Below, one piece after another: positions 1-11,088 of a DNA stretch of 64,000 bases. Source of the DNA: Callorhinchus milii (taxonomy: Eukaryota). Under the pieces are notes generated by a model that ran no database searches, was not told the origin of the DNA, and worked only from the letters and a program-made list of their open reading frames with translations. Each line of letters begins with the position of its first letter. The first letter of the stretch is position 1. The stretch lies in NCBI RefSeq assembly GCF_018977255.1, contig NW_024704742.1:41108001-41172000 (forward strand), given 5' to 3'. The position numbers and the translations under genes are program-made.

Positions 1-3000
1 AAACAGATGCCAATCAGTCACAAATTTCAGCAATAGTTTACACTGAAATACAAACAGAATGCGAAAATATTCCACAGAGCACAATGGTTTCTGGAACCAT
101 GGGAAAATAGTGGTGAAGTATTGGCTGTGGAGGAAAGATGGCCAGAGCAGAAAAGTAGAGACATGAAATGCTGAAATTTGGTTGTAAACAATCCATTCCC
201 CCAGAGAGATTGGAGCAAAGTCTATGATTGGGTATCTATGGAAGGGCTTGATGGACCTTTCTCATTTCATGTTCTTTAATATAATAATAATCCTTGCATT
301 GATTTAGCGCCTTATCACGTCTTCGAGACGTCTAAAAGAGCTTCACAGAATATACTGTAAAATGAATTGACTGTATATTTTGTGGGCAAAATGCCTCTAT
401 GATGTGAATCCAGACCTCAAAAATGCAAATTGTACTCAGAAGTTTTAATATACAGTCACTACATTTTACAGTATAGTCTGTGAAGCGCTTTGAGACATCT
501 CGAAGACCTGATTAAGGCGCTATATCAAATGCAAGGATTATTATTATTATTATTCTGGCAGAAGTGGAGTTTTTGTGCAATTGGCTGCTGCGTTCTGCCC
601 ACAAAATACGCAGTCAATCCACTTTACAATATATTCTGTGAAGAGATTTGAGATGTCTCAACAGCATGACAAGCCTCTATATCAAATGCAAGGATTATTA
701 TTATTATTATTTGGGGAAGATGGGACATAAATTAAACCTAAGTGACTCAAACTCATTATATACAAAAGTGGAGAAAAGTATTACTTTGGAAATAAAATAA
801 GGGAGCAAGAACAGATAACTAAAATGTGATGGTTTTGCTTGTAAAGGGCATGCAGCCCAAATTCCTGAGGTGAATGGTCAATATTTCTGAGCAGTGTGTA
901 ATGCAGCCCCCCCACCCCCGCCCATAAGATAAAAACAAGATAATGCATACAAATGTAATGTGCATATTATGCACTCAAAGTACTAATTTTAACCTATTCA
1001 AACCTAAACCCCAAAGAGTGTCATCACAGACGTGTAGCATTTATCACAGCGCATCTCTTGAATGTTTATTAAATACCTCCTGCATTGTTACAGTCAGTTC
1101 ATTAAAACTGCTACACCTGTGACCGGCTAATAAAGATTGATGGAGGTACTGAATAATTACTGATCTGTATTTTATGAACCGCTGATCTCGGCTACTACTT
1201 GGTTTAGCTGGGGAGGAGGGAAGCAATCATACATCAGCACCTTGTAGCTGCCATTCATTCACACTCCGATAAGCTGCTGAAGCTCTCAGCGCAGAGTGAA
1301 AGTTTCAACACTCTGACGCTCCTGCTCTCCTTGTGTCTCCCGAGTTACTTTCCTTACAGAAATTACTCTTAACAAAATACCCGTTTCCCAGCTTAGAGTT
1401 TATGCTCCGAGAACAATTTATGAAAGATCAATGAGAGGTTTAAAGAGCTGATCTTTAATGATCTGTGGCTTTCTCTGGCTTACTCCATGAATTCTGGAAA
1501 TTAACAGTCTGCATGAATGACATTGATATCATGAGTTTGACAGAGAGCACATGTGCGATTGCACATAAAACACATTTAAAACACCAAGCACTTCTGTATC
1601 AACAAATATGTGCGATGAAACATCATTATTAAGACTAAAGTACAATTAAAATATCAAACATCAAGGTTAGTGTTGAATACAAAAAGTGCATTTCCAGTAA
1701 GGCAACCACTTAGCTCTTTCAAGAAAAGATTGTGGTGTAAATATAGCAATAAGAAACTGGACTTTCAAACTCAAACCGATTGTTGTATAGTTTTACAAAT
1801 AAACAGTGTTGCCTTTTTTTAAAAAAAATTAAAATCAATCAGGCGCCAGTTTGTAATTCTGTCAGAAAGAGGTAGGAAATGGAAAAGTAAAACTATACAA
1901 ACTGCTTGAATCAATCACACCTCGAAATGTACAAGTAGAGATCAAGGTAGAATTAGAGCAAGTCAGAACAGCAGTGCTGTCAGCACAGACTCCACTAACC
2001 CTTATCATTCAAAAACAGAAAGGTAATTGTAGCGTTACGAAACACACAAAGAGGGAGCCTCCAGATAAACCTCATCAAATCATTCCAACACAATAATTCT
2101 CTCCCGTCATTTCCTACCCACTGCATGATTCAAATAACGAGAGAGGATTCTGCTTCTTTTTTTAATCAGTGTAAAAGTCCTGCCACTGGACATAAATACA
2201 CCCAACACACAAAAAACCCTAAAGATTTATTCAGTGTCAAAATAAATTGCAACCAGTAACTAAGCTCGCTTCCACATCAGATTAAAACGGTAACATTCGC
2301 AATATATCACTTTATGTCCTTAATATAATTTACTTGGTTCATGTAATTTAGTCCCACATTAAACATCTTGTTAGACTATATTTACAGTAAAGTGCTTTCA
2401 TGAGCTACCGTCTGTAAAAGCCCGACACAGTCCAATTGTCTTCTTAATGAATGAGTTACCAGCTTATTGTACATCGCCTGTCTCTCCCTTAAATTGAGCT
2501 AACAGACCTCTTGCAACAGGATAGGGAAGACAGGCTTGTGTTTTGACCTCCTCTTAGTGCCCTTTAATACAGTAGTAAGTAAGAGCCATCAAAAGCACCT
2601 CTTACTTACTCTAAGTGTCACACGTCCAGCTGTCATTGATCTAACAATATGTTCTCACAGTGATGCTTGTGATAATTTCTCAAATGCACAGGCAATTAAT
2701 TCAAATGCAAATCTCAAGAAACACCCCCAAAACAGCTTTATCTTTCTGTAAATATTTCTTCCCTGTCTAACATTCCGTGCTCCCCTCTTCCTCTCTTTTC
2801 GTGTAAATATACAACAAAAAAACAACCCATTAAAACATCCCTAGCAAAAAACAAAGGTTAATTTCTTGGACTGATTAAATTCTGTATAGAAGCAGCAGCT
2901 TTTTATCAAGTTAAACAATTAATTTGCATCAAGAGATAATCAGAGGCCACATAATTTAATTACAAAAATAATCACAGCCATGTGTTTCTGCGTATAATGG

Positions 3001-3095
3001 AACACTTCTCACAGAATAATGAGCCTCGTGAAATTATCCCCAAAACCACGTTTGAAGTACTGTGTGCTATTTTAAAACAAGGCTGGAGGACTTAC
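1..3095 (-). other. LDB2: LDB2 intron following the first coding exon (partial)
   Basis: Begins with GTAAGT at 3095. The next LDB2 exon (DSDNLWW...) was not found in 1-3095. Confidence 0.9.
279..711. mobile_element. Three 3' tail fragments of SINE family A (279-393 minus; 446-553 and 575-711 plus)
   Basis: GTGAAGCGCTTTGAGAC...GCTATATCAAATGCAAGG(ATT)n tail, as in the full-length copies elsewhere in the window. Confidence 0.85.
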
Positions 3096-3227
3096 CTCTG
3101 TGCGAGTCTGCAGCCGCTTGTTCAGCTCATATATCCGATAGTCTGGCTGTACCACGTACGGCGTGTGCCTCCTATAAAACGGTCCAAAAGGAGAGGAATA
3201 GAAAGGGTCATGAGGTGCGCTGGACAT
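3096..3227 (-). CDS. LDB2: LIM domain-binding protein 2, first coding exon (44 codons); the gene continues beyond the left edge of the window
   Basis: Reverse complement reads ATG TCC AGC GCA CCT ... CGC ACA GAG|GTAAGT = MSSAPHDPFYSSPFGPFYRRHTPYVVQPDYRIYELNKRLQTRTE. This is nearly identical to the vertebrate LDB2 N-terminus as I recall it (MSSTPHDPFYSSPFGPFYRRHTPYMVQPEYRIYEMNKRLQSRTE). Phase-0 canonical donor at 3095; A at -3 of the ATG. Confidence 0.97.
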
Positions 3228-3355
3228 CTTGGCTGCTTGCAGAGAATCAAGCTACACGCACTGTAACATCAACATCCATACGGTGCACATGGGCTTCAGG
3301 CTACAGTGGAGGCAACCGGCACAACACACTGGGATAATGCTCGGGGAGCCCTCTG
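3228..3355 (-). other. LDB2: LDB2 5'UTR portion with upstream ATGs; possible NAGNAG acceptor at its 5' boundary
   Basis: Contiguous with the ATG. Minus strand shows TCCTTTCCTCTTGCAG|CAG, with the AG at 3357-3356. Confidence 0.55.
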
Positions 3356-3499
3356 CTGCAAGAGGAAAGGACCGGATGGATCGCTCTAGGCAGAAAAACT
3401 TGGTTTTAAAAATTCTGTTTGCGAAAGGGTCATTTCCTGTCCGCTCCGAGGACTGGCAAAAAAAAAAAAAAAAAAAAATATATAATTCTTCAAACTGAC

Positions 3500-4100
3500 A
3501 GAAGGGTCTGAGGTTTGGTTTTAATTTTTCCCAGCGAGGACCCCTCAGGAACCTGGCAGCAAAGACTTGTTAGCATAGAGGTGGTTGAACAGCTGCCTGA
3601 ATCAAAACATCCCTCTGCAAAGGAATCGTTCCACTGCAGTGCTGCATTTTTCCAACGCTGAACGCTTCAAACAATGCGTTTTCTTCGCTTACTCTGAAAG
3701 AGCGTCCTGCGCGGACGGGGCATTTGTTGTGCGCTCGCAGAAAGCCGCGGAAATCAACCGAACCGAGAAACTTCTTTGATTACGTTTGCAAATCGAAGAA
3801 AGATTTCGAAATAACACGCTTCTATGTTTCGAGCATATGTGCTGTATAGGTGAAGTAAAAAAAAAAAAAAAACGAATCAAACAAACGCGTCTCGTCAAAC
3901 CGCCGACAGGAATGAGATTTTTAAGCGTGGATGTTGTTTTTTACCAAAATAAAACTGAACAAAATGATTTCCTTCTTATAAATATTATTTTTTCTTAAAA
4001 AAAAAGGAGGTGAGGTTACTGGCAGTAACGGGGAACGTCTTGGGGCTCTGGAATCGTGTCCCACGCTTCTCATCCTTTCAGTAGATGACTTTGCCAAAGT
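3500..4100 (-). promoter_or_regulatory. CpG-enriched LDB2 promoter or first non-coding exon region
   Basis: Dense CpGs at ~3650-3910 in an otherwise CpG-depleted window, directly upstream of the start codon. Candidate minus-strand donor GTAAGC at 3692. RFX-like palindrome GTTACT-GGC-AGTAAC at 4015-4029. Confidence 0.6.
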
Positions 4101-5100
4101 GAACGAAACAGTTAACAGAATAATGAATCATGAATAAACAGTTAAACTATGTTTCAGTAGTTTTTTGTATTGCGTTGCTGATAACACATGCTGATGTACT
4201 GACATGTGTTAACTCCTTGTGTTACATACTTGAAGTAGTCATTGCCAAGGGGAGCCTCCCTGAATGCCCCCCCCCACCAACTCCCCTTTTCCCGCTGAGA
4301 AGGTCATATGGCCACAAGGGGGCTTGACCTTCTGTTTACATGTGAGTGCACATATTACAAAAAGAACAATGACATACTGAGACGCTGGCTCCAATTACTT
4401 CTTGAATCAGGTTATACCAGTCAACTTTACTGTGCAACACAGAATGGGAGAATGCACGTTTGAACAGATACAAGGGTTCAAGTCCCCGAGTGGTAAAACA
4501 AATAATTCATGCGTATTATGTCATTTTAATAGGGATGCAATAGAACTTGACTGACCGGACACATTTCTTTAAGTGAGAGCTGTTTTCCTGCAGACAGTTT
4601 ACTTCAGCAATATATCTTCAGTAGAACACTCCAATGTATTTTTGAGAACTCTTGAATGCACTGCGTTTATAGCTTTTTCTCCACAATTGCTTATCCCAAT
4701 TACAAACAATTTTATCCTAATACAGGAGACTCCAATCAAGGTAACTGAGTATAGGTCTCTCCTTTTGTCAGTTTCTTTATGAGAGAAGTTAATTATTTTT
4801 GATGCTTGCCTGACTTCTTTGCTCTTGTTTAAAATGCACAGCAATGTGAGTTCCAGAATTGCTTTCATACAAAAAAGACAAAGTTTTAAGATATGGCTGT
4901 GGTTGTGCTTCTCCTTCAACCTGTGAAGCGACTGCACAAAATCACAATGGATTATTTGCTTTAAGAATCTCTTTGGTTTGTGCATGGGGAGTGATATTGA
5001 TGATACTTTGATGAGTTCCAAGTACTGATTTTTTTTTAATTGCCCGATATTTGAGAGATGCAGAAGGGAATCCCTCCTCTTCCAAACTACCCTGCCCTCC

Positions 5101-5131
<31 letters not shown>

Positions 5132-5164
5132 AACAGCTCCAGGGAGAGAAAGCGCAATCCAGTT

Positions 5165-5690
5165 ATTTTGTGTCAGTCTGACACATTCAGAAACCCATCA
5201 CCATGTTTAAGAGTATCCAAATCAGACAAAGTTCTGCCTATATAAACCACTTACACATCATGTAGCTTGCGTTTGGAGTGGAATGCACACTCTCCCCTTG
5301 GAGTATTAGGCACAAGTTGGCAAGAGGTAAGGCTTGGGGATTACTGAGTGTACATTGATGCACTGCTGGATTTTAACCAGCTAAAGCCTCATAGCTTGCT
5401 ATTCTGGCAAGCTTCCCACTGCTTGTCCAGCTAGGACCAACTGACCTGTTAGGCTTTGGGCTTGCAGGATTAATGGTAGCTGAGAGGGAAGAATCCTTGT
5501 GCCCAGTGACTTGTCTGCCCCTCCAATTTTCCTGGTGAGCCAGGCTGTCTGCACTTAGGAACGGGACTTCTGAGACCACCACAGAGGGCTGACTTAATTC
5601 CGATGTTCTGGTGCCAAGCACATTGCCTTGGAGCCAGCTCAACTCCAAGAAGACCCCGCTTACCTCCCCCTCACCCAGATAAATAGTCAC
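5165..5690 (-). mobile_element. Unclassified repeat family X, 3' portion
   Basis: Reverse complement aligns with 59240-59610 (CCCTCTGTGGTGGTCTC, TTTGGATACTCTTAA..CATGGTGATGGGTTT, GTGTCAGA). Confidence 0.75.
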
Positions 5691-7789
5691 ATGTAATAGC
5701 TTAGCATTGCAGTGGATTCACTTTACATTCTCTTACAAGGTTTAGCTGAACGCATCAATTTCCATTTACATTGTCAGCCAGACTATATGTCTCACAAGTG
5801 GATAGTATGAAAGATCACCTTTTCAGTTGTTGCAGTACATGTCCTGAGGTCTAACAATTAACCCTTTGAGCAAATAAATATTATCAGATCAACTGTAGTC
5901 TCCTGCTTTATCACCAATGAACTTCAGGAGGCAGAAAGCATTACTTGCCAAACAGATTTGCCAGCTAAAAATAATTGTTTATTTGTCAGATGCAATACGA
6001 TTTGTAAAAAAAGTATCAGGCTAATACTAAATAAGCACAAAGACAAACATTTACAAGTAACTGAAGAGATGAATTCATTCATGACACATTTCCTTGTTAC
6101 AGTTCTTTCTCCCACAAAATATACAGCCAAATTTACTTTACAGTATATTCTGTGAAGCGCTTTGAAATGCCTCGAAGATGTGATAAGGCGCTATATCAAA
6201 TACAAGGTTTATTATTATTATGTAGTGGATTGTAACCTAAGTTCTTTTTCATATAAAGTTATTTTTGAATTTGCAGTGTCTGCCTATACACTGAATTTGC
6301 AATGCAAATTCAAGAAAGCTCAGTCCAGACTTGTAGTGCTACTTGATAACAGATGTATCAGTGATTTCAATCACATTGGGAAACTGTGAGCTTTCAGTCA
6401 CAGTCTTGTTACTTAAAAGTGATACGGCACAGAAACAAGTCATTCAGCTCAACCCATCCATACCTATGTTTATACTCCACACAAACTCTCCAACCCCTCC
6501 AATTCCCTGTCTTATACCCCTCTATTCGCTTCTCTCTCATTTATGCTTCAGATTTAAGAAACATATACAGGAAATAATGAGAATATTCTGTTTAAGCTGT
6601 ACAACCCTTCAATCAGAGTTCTCTCTTTGAAGGTGACCCTTTAGCAAATTTAATTTGGATAAAATAATATTTAACTGTGTCTGCCTATACACTGAATACT
6701 GTCCTCTGCAATAAGACTCTCAATTCTTCTTTTGTACATTTGTGTTATTTGCCATACACTGTGATCCTGGAAGCCCAGCACCACCTTTCCATTTGCAGAC
6801 ATTATCTGTGCCCTTCCAAGGAGGGTGGTTGCGAGCCCTGCTTCACATATGTGAATGCATGATGTTACTACACTTTAAACACAGTGACTACATTTTACAG
6901 TAAATCCTGAATGGGGCTATATCAAACGCAAGGGTTTATTTATTTTGGGCCCACTGACAAAGTGAGATACGAACACAAGGATAAGAAGGATCCACAAGTG
7001 TAAAGAGTACCCAATTTCAGCTCCAGGGGGAACGTAGCTAGATTGCTCCACATTGCCACCTTACAGTGAGTCTTCAACACTACCTGTTTCATACTAGGTT
7101 GCATTATATTGCAGATCTGATATAATGTTTTTTGATCATTCTCAAAGGGTCTCACATCACCAAATGTTGGAAGCACTCCATAAGCCAATTATCCATCTGG
7201 TGCTTGGAGACAGGCCAGCCCAATGTCTTGTCCCCATAGGGGACTGTAAGACATTTTGAAACTGTTTTATTCACAGAGGAACAATGTGGCTTGCTGTCAA
7301 CAACATATTGAAATCCAGATTCCTTTCCAGATTTAATGAAGTCAGACAAAAAACAGAAATATTTTTCTATTCTTACATAATTCTAAAAGCATACTAAGTG
7401 GAATCCAAATGTCCTTATTATGTTGGCAAGCAATGAAACGTTGAATACCAGTATATGCAACTCACTGATTTTCTCAGCAGACACCCATTCCATTCATTTA
7501 AGCAGTTCAATTTATATACAATTCAAGTTATATACAGTATTTGGATGTTTTTTTTCCCATCCATTTATGAAGATTAGGGTGACAAAACTGAAGAATTAAT
7601 AATTTTATCAGCATTGAGCAATCGAGGTCAGATTTGGAGTAGCAAAATAAATCTCCCTTTTCTTTGCCCCCAAACAACTGTCATAATCCCAACCTTAGAA
7701 TAACTGTCCCCACTTGCAATTGTGTGATTTTCCCCAGTTTCCATACTGGCCATCATTATGACTTCTCTGAATGAAGTTACTGAATGAGC

Positions 7790-8700
7790 TTTTTTTTGGT
7801 TTGCAGGGTATCTGACATAGGCAGAAACTCATCACCATGCTTAATAACAATAATAACTTGCATTTATATAATGCTGCTCACACAGGGTAGCGTCCCACAG
7901 CGCTGAAGAGATTCCAAACCAAATCCCACATATGCATGGTTTCAGTTTGCTTGGCATTGAGTAAACATACTCTCTCTCTGGAGGAATGCATCATGCTTTA
8001 CCTATCACAGAGAATTTAAGTACAATTTACAAGACCGAAGGCTTTGGCACCCCAGAGGAATCACCGGGATACTGCTATTGTTTAACCAGCTAAAACCATA
8101 CAGCTTGCCTTTGGAAACATTGGCAAGCTTCCCACTGCTTGTTCAGCTTCCCGCTGCTTGACTAGTTGGGATCACACTACTTGTTAAGACTTTGCAGGTT
8201 AACAGGAGATGTTGGCAAGAATTCTAGTCTCTAATGACTGCTCCTTCAAGTCCCGCTAACATGTCAGGCTGGCTGGTCCGTCATCACTGGTGTTATTTAG
8301 TACTACAGACCCACCTGGCTCAGGAATTGGACTACCAATACTGCTACAGAGAATCAACCTGGTCTGATATTCGATTACCAGGCAACAACAACAAATTACA
8401 TTTGTACAGTGCCTTTCATGTCAGGAGGACGTCCCAAGGCACTGTACAGTCAGGGATTTGGACCCGAGCAGAGACATGGGATCAGGAAGGATGGAGCAGG
8501 GGTAGGAGGGTGCCTGAAGAAGCAGTCAAAGAGGAGGATGGGGGACTTGGAGCAGGCTGGAGCCTGCTGAGCGGAGGGAGCGGACAGGTCAATATGGTGT
8601 CAGCAGGTCACAGAGCAAAGTCGTGGAGGGCTTTGAAGGCAAGGCATATCACTTTGGAATCAGCTCAACGTCAAGATACCACACTTACCTCCCCTCTAAG
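7790..8700 (-). mobile_element. Family X copy interrupted by a short L2-type tail (~7845-7905) and an L2 3' fragment (~8382-8660)
   Basis: Shares TTTAACCAGCTAAA..TGGCAAGCTTCCCACTGCTTGT and CAGCTCAAC..CTTACCTCCCC with 5165-5690. Confidence 0.7.
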
Positions 8701-8974
8701 GGGATTTCTAATTTAATGCTGATTTTTTTTAACAGTTTTTTTGCTATAGGACACGTCCACTATTAACTGGGTTAGTACTGCACATATTCATTTTAGGTAA
8801 TGCCCCCATGGAGATGTGCAAATCCCCCTCCTCAAGGGAGGTTTGCTGTCAGGGGACACACAAGAAGTTTCTCAGAATTTGATCTGTTACCAGTAAAAGG
8901 TGCATGTTTAGAGTCGAATCTTGACTGGCCCAGCTGGCTGGTAGTTGGAAATACTGGCAAGTGGTATTTCTAGT

Positions 8975-10013
8975 GTTTATGTATATCAAAAAGAGCAGTG
9001 GACCTAATCCCTGGGGGACACCAGTCTGAAGAACAACCATTCACCACTACCCTCTGCTTTCTGTCTCCCACCAATTTTGTATCCATGATACCACAGTCCC
9101 TTTATACATAAATTACTTGGATATAGAGAGCAACATTTTCAAGTTTGCAGATGACACAAAACTTGGGAACGTAGTAAACAGTGAGGACAATGGTAGCAGA
9201 CTGCAGGAGGACACAGACAGACTGGTGAAATGGGCAGACACATGGCAGATGAAGTTTAATGCAGAGAAGTATGAAGTGATAGATTTAAGGAGGCAGAATG
9301 AGGAGAGGCAATATACACTAAATGGTACAGTTTTAAAGGGGGTTCAGGAGCAGAGACCTGGGAGTTCACAGGACAAGTTGATAGAGCTGTTAAAAAAGCA
9401 CATGGAATCCTGGCTTTATAGATAGAGGTTAGAGTACAAAAGTAAGAAAGTTCTGCTAAACCTTTATAACCTACCAGTTAGGCCTCAGCTGGAGTACTGT
9501 GTCCAATTCTGGGCACCACCCTTTAGGAAGGATATGAAGAGAGAACAGAGGAGATTTACCAGAATGGTATCAGGGAAGAGGGACTTCAGTTATGTGGAGA
9601 GACTAGAGAAGCTGGGATTGTTCTCCTTGGAGCAGAGAAGGTTAAGGAGAGATTTAATAGAGGTGTTCAAAATTATAAGGAGTTTTGATAGAAAGGGAGA
9701 AACTGTTTCACTGGCAGGTGGGTCAGTAATTAGGGCACATAGATTTAAGATCATTGGCAAAAGAACCAGAGGCGAAATGAGGAGACATGTTTTTTTTACA
9801 AAGAGAGTCTGGAATGCATTGTCTGAAAGACAGATTCAATAGCAACTTTCAAAAGGGAATTGGATAGGTACTTGAAAAGGAAAAAATTGCAAGGATATGT
9901 GAAAAGAGCGGGGGAGTGGGACTGATTGGGTAGCTCTTCCAAAGAGCTGTCACAGACATGATAGGCCGAATAGTCTTCTTCTGTGCAGTAATATTCTATG
10001 ATTCTATCTATGA
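8975..10013 (+). mobile_element. 5'-truncated CR1 LINE (RT C-terminus and 3'UTR) with an inverted 5' segment (8975-9107)
   Basis: ORFs KFADDTKLG..RLQED.DRLVKWADTWQMKFN and QRRFTRMV..LEKLGLFSLEQRRLRRDLIEVFKI; tail ATTCTATGATTCTAT. The minus-strand piece encodes RKQRVVVNG..GVPQG..LGPLLFLIYIN. Confidence 0.93.
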
Positions 10014-10780
10014 TCTTATTCCCTGTGCAATACTGAGGCTAAGCTTGGACATTGCACAGATCTTAAGATGGGGCCTAATTCTGTGAGCAGTCACATGGTC
10101 CACCAAGTCAACCAAGCTGATATTGAGCACCATGAGCAATGACAGCAAGACCTGAATCTCTAATGGGGAATGTATGGTGATCCCGAGGGTCTTTTGTGCA
10201 CCATGAATAAGCCATGTGTAAACATAGCTGTATTTGTTGTTCCCCCCCCGGCTCAGATTCAGGCTCCGCCACCGTTAAGCATTCCGAGACGCTATCCTGT
10301 GTGGAGGGCCCTATATAAGTGCAAGTTTTTGTTGTTGTTGTATTATGTGTCACAGATTGGTAAAGGGGACATTACAAGTCCCCTTAATTACATAATTGAT
10401 ATTTAATTACTTTTTTAAAATTAACAACCAATCATTTTCATTCAATGTTAATTAAATAGTTAAATACATCTGGAATTCCCTCGTTGCCTAAGTGGTGCAG
10501 GTTACAGCTGTTTTTACATAAGGTTTACACGCTTAATAGACCCCATTATGAGGATGATCAAAAAGAAGTAATTGGCGTAACCTGGAGAAACATTTGGCAA
10601 TTCCATTTACTCTCAGAGGCACTGAGGCACTTGACGTACTTGGAGAGGCAGGGCAAAAGTTGCAGAGCCTCAGACTACTGTCAAACCTGTTGCATGTGCC
10701 AAGAAAGCTGTGAATAATGGCTCTTATTGACCTTCACACTCCATGTTGAACTTGTCAATTCAAACATGGAATATCGCAAC

Positions 10781-11088
10781 TGTCAGCTTGGCTCAGTTGG
10801 TTCCAATCTCACCTCTAGGTCAGAAGGTTGTGGGTTTCAGCCCTATACAAGGACTTGAACTCATCGTCTTGGCTGATTCTCTAATACACTAATGGGAGAG
10901 TGTTTGAGGTCCTGCCTGCTTCTTTTGGTAGTTCAAATGAACATAATAATCATCTCACTGATACTTGTAAAGGTTGCTGGCGTGGATTGCTCCCATTTGA
11001 TGTAGCGCCTTTCACATCAGAAGGACGTCTCAAAGTACTTTACAGTATATCCTATAAAAAACATGTTAAATGCAAGGATTATTATTAC
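10781..11088 (+). mobile_element. Old tRNA-derived Deu-domain SINE (family B, SacSINE1-like), degraded
   Basis: Head TGTCAGCTTGGCTCAGTTGG..AGAAGGTTGTGGGTTTCAGCCC; mixed tail fragments downstream. Confidence 0.65.

Noticed and set aside
279..711. Recurrent tail motif as a CRISPR-like array
   Set aside because: Irregular spacing, mixed orientation, SINE tails in a eukaryotic context, and no cas genes.
2982..3498. Plus-strand ORFs overlapping the LDB2 exon
   Set aside because: Antisense shadows of the real minus-strand exon, with no recognisable protein.
4599..5129. 176-aa minus-strand ORF
   Set aside because: Starts in a (CA)n/poly-C tract and resembles no protein I recognise; likely a chance ORF.
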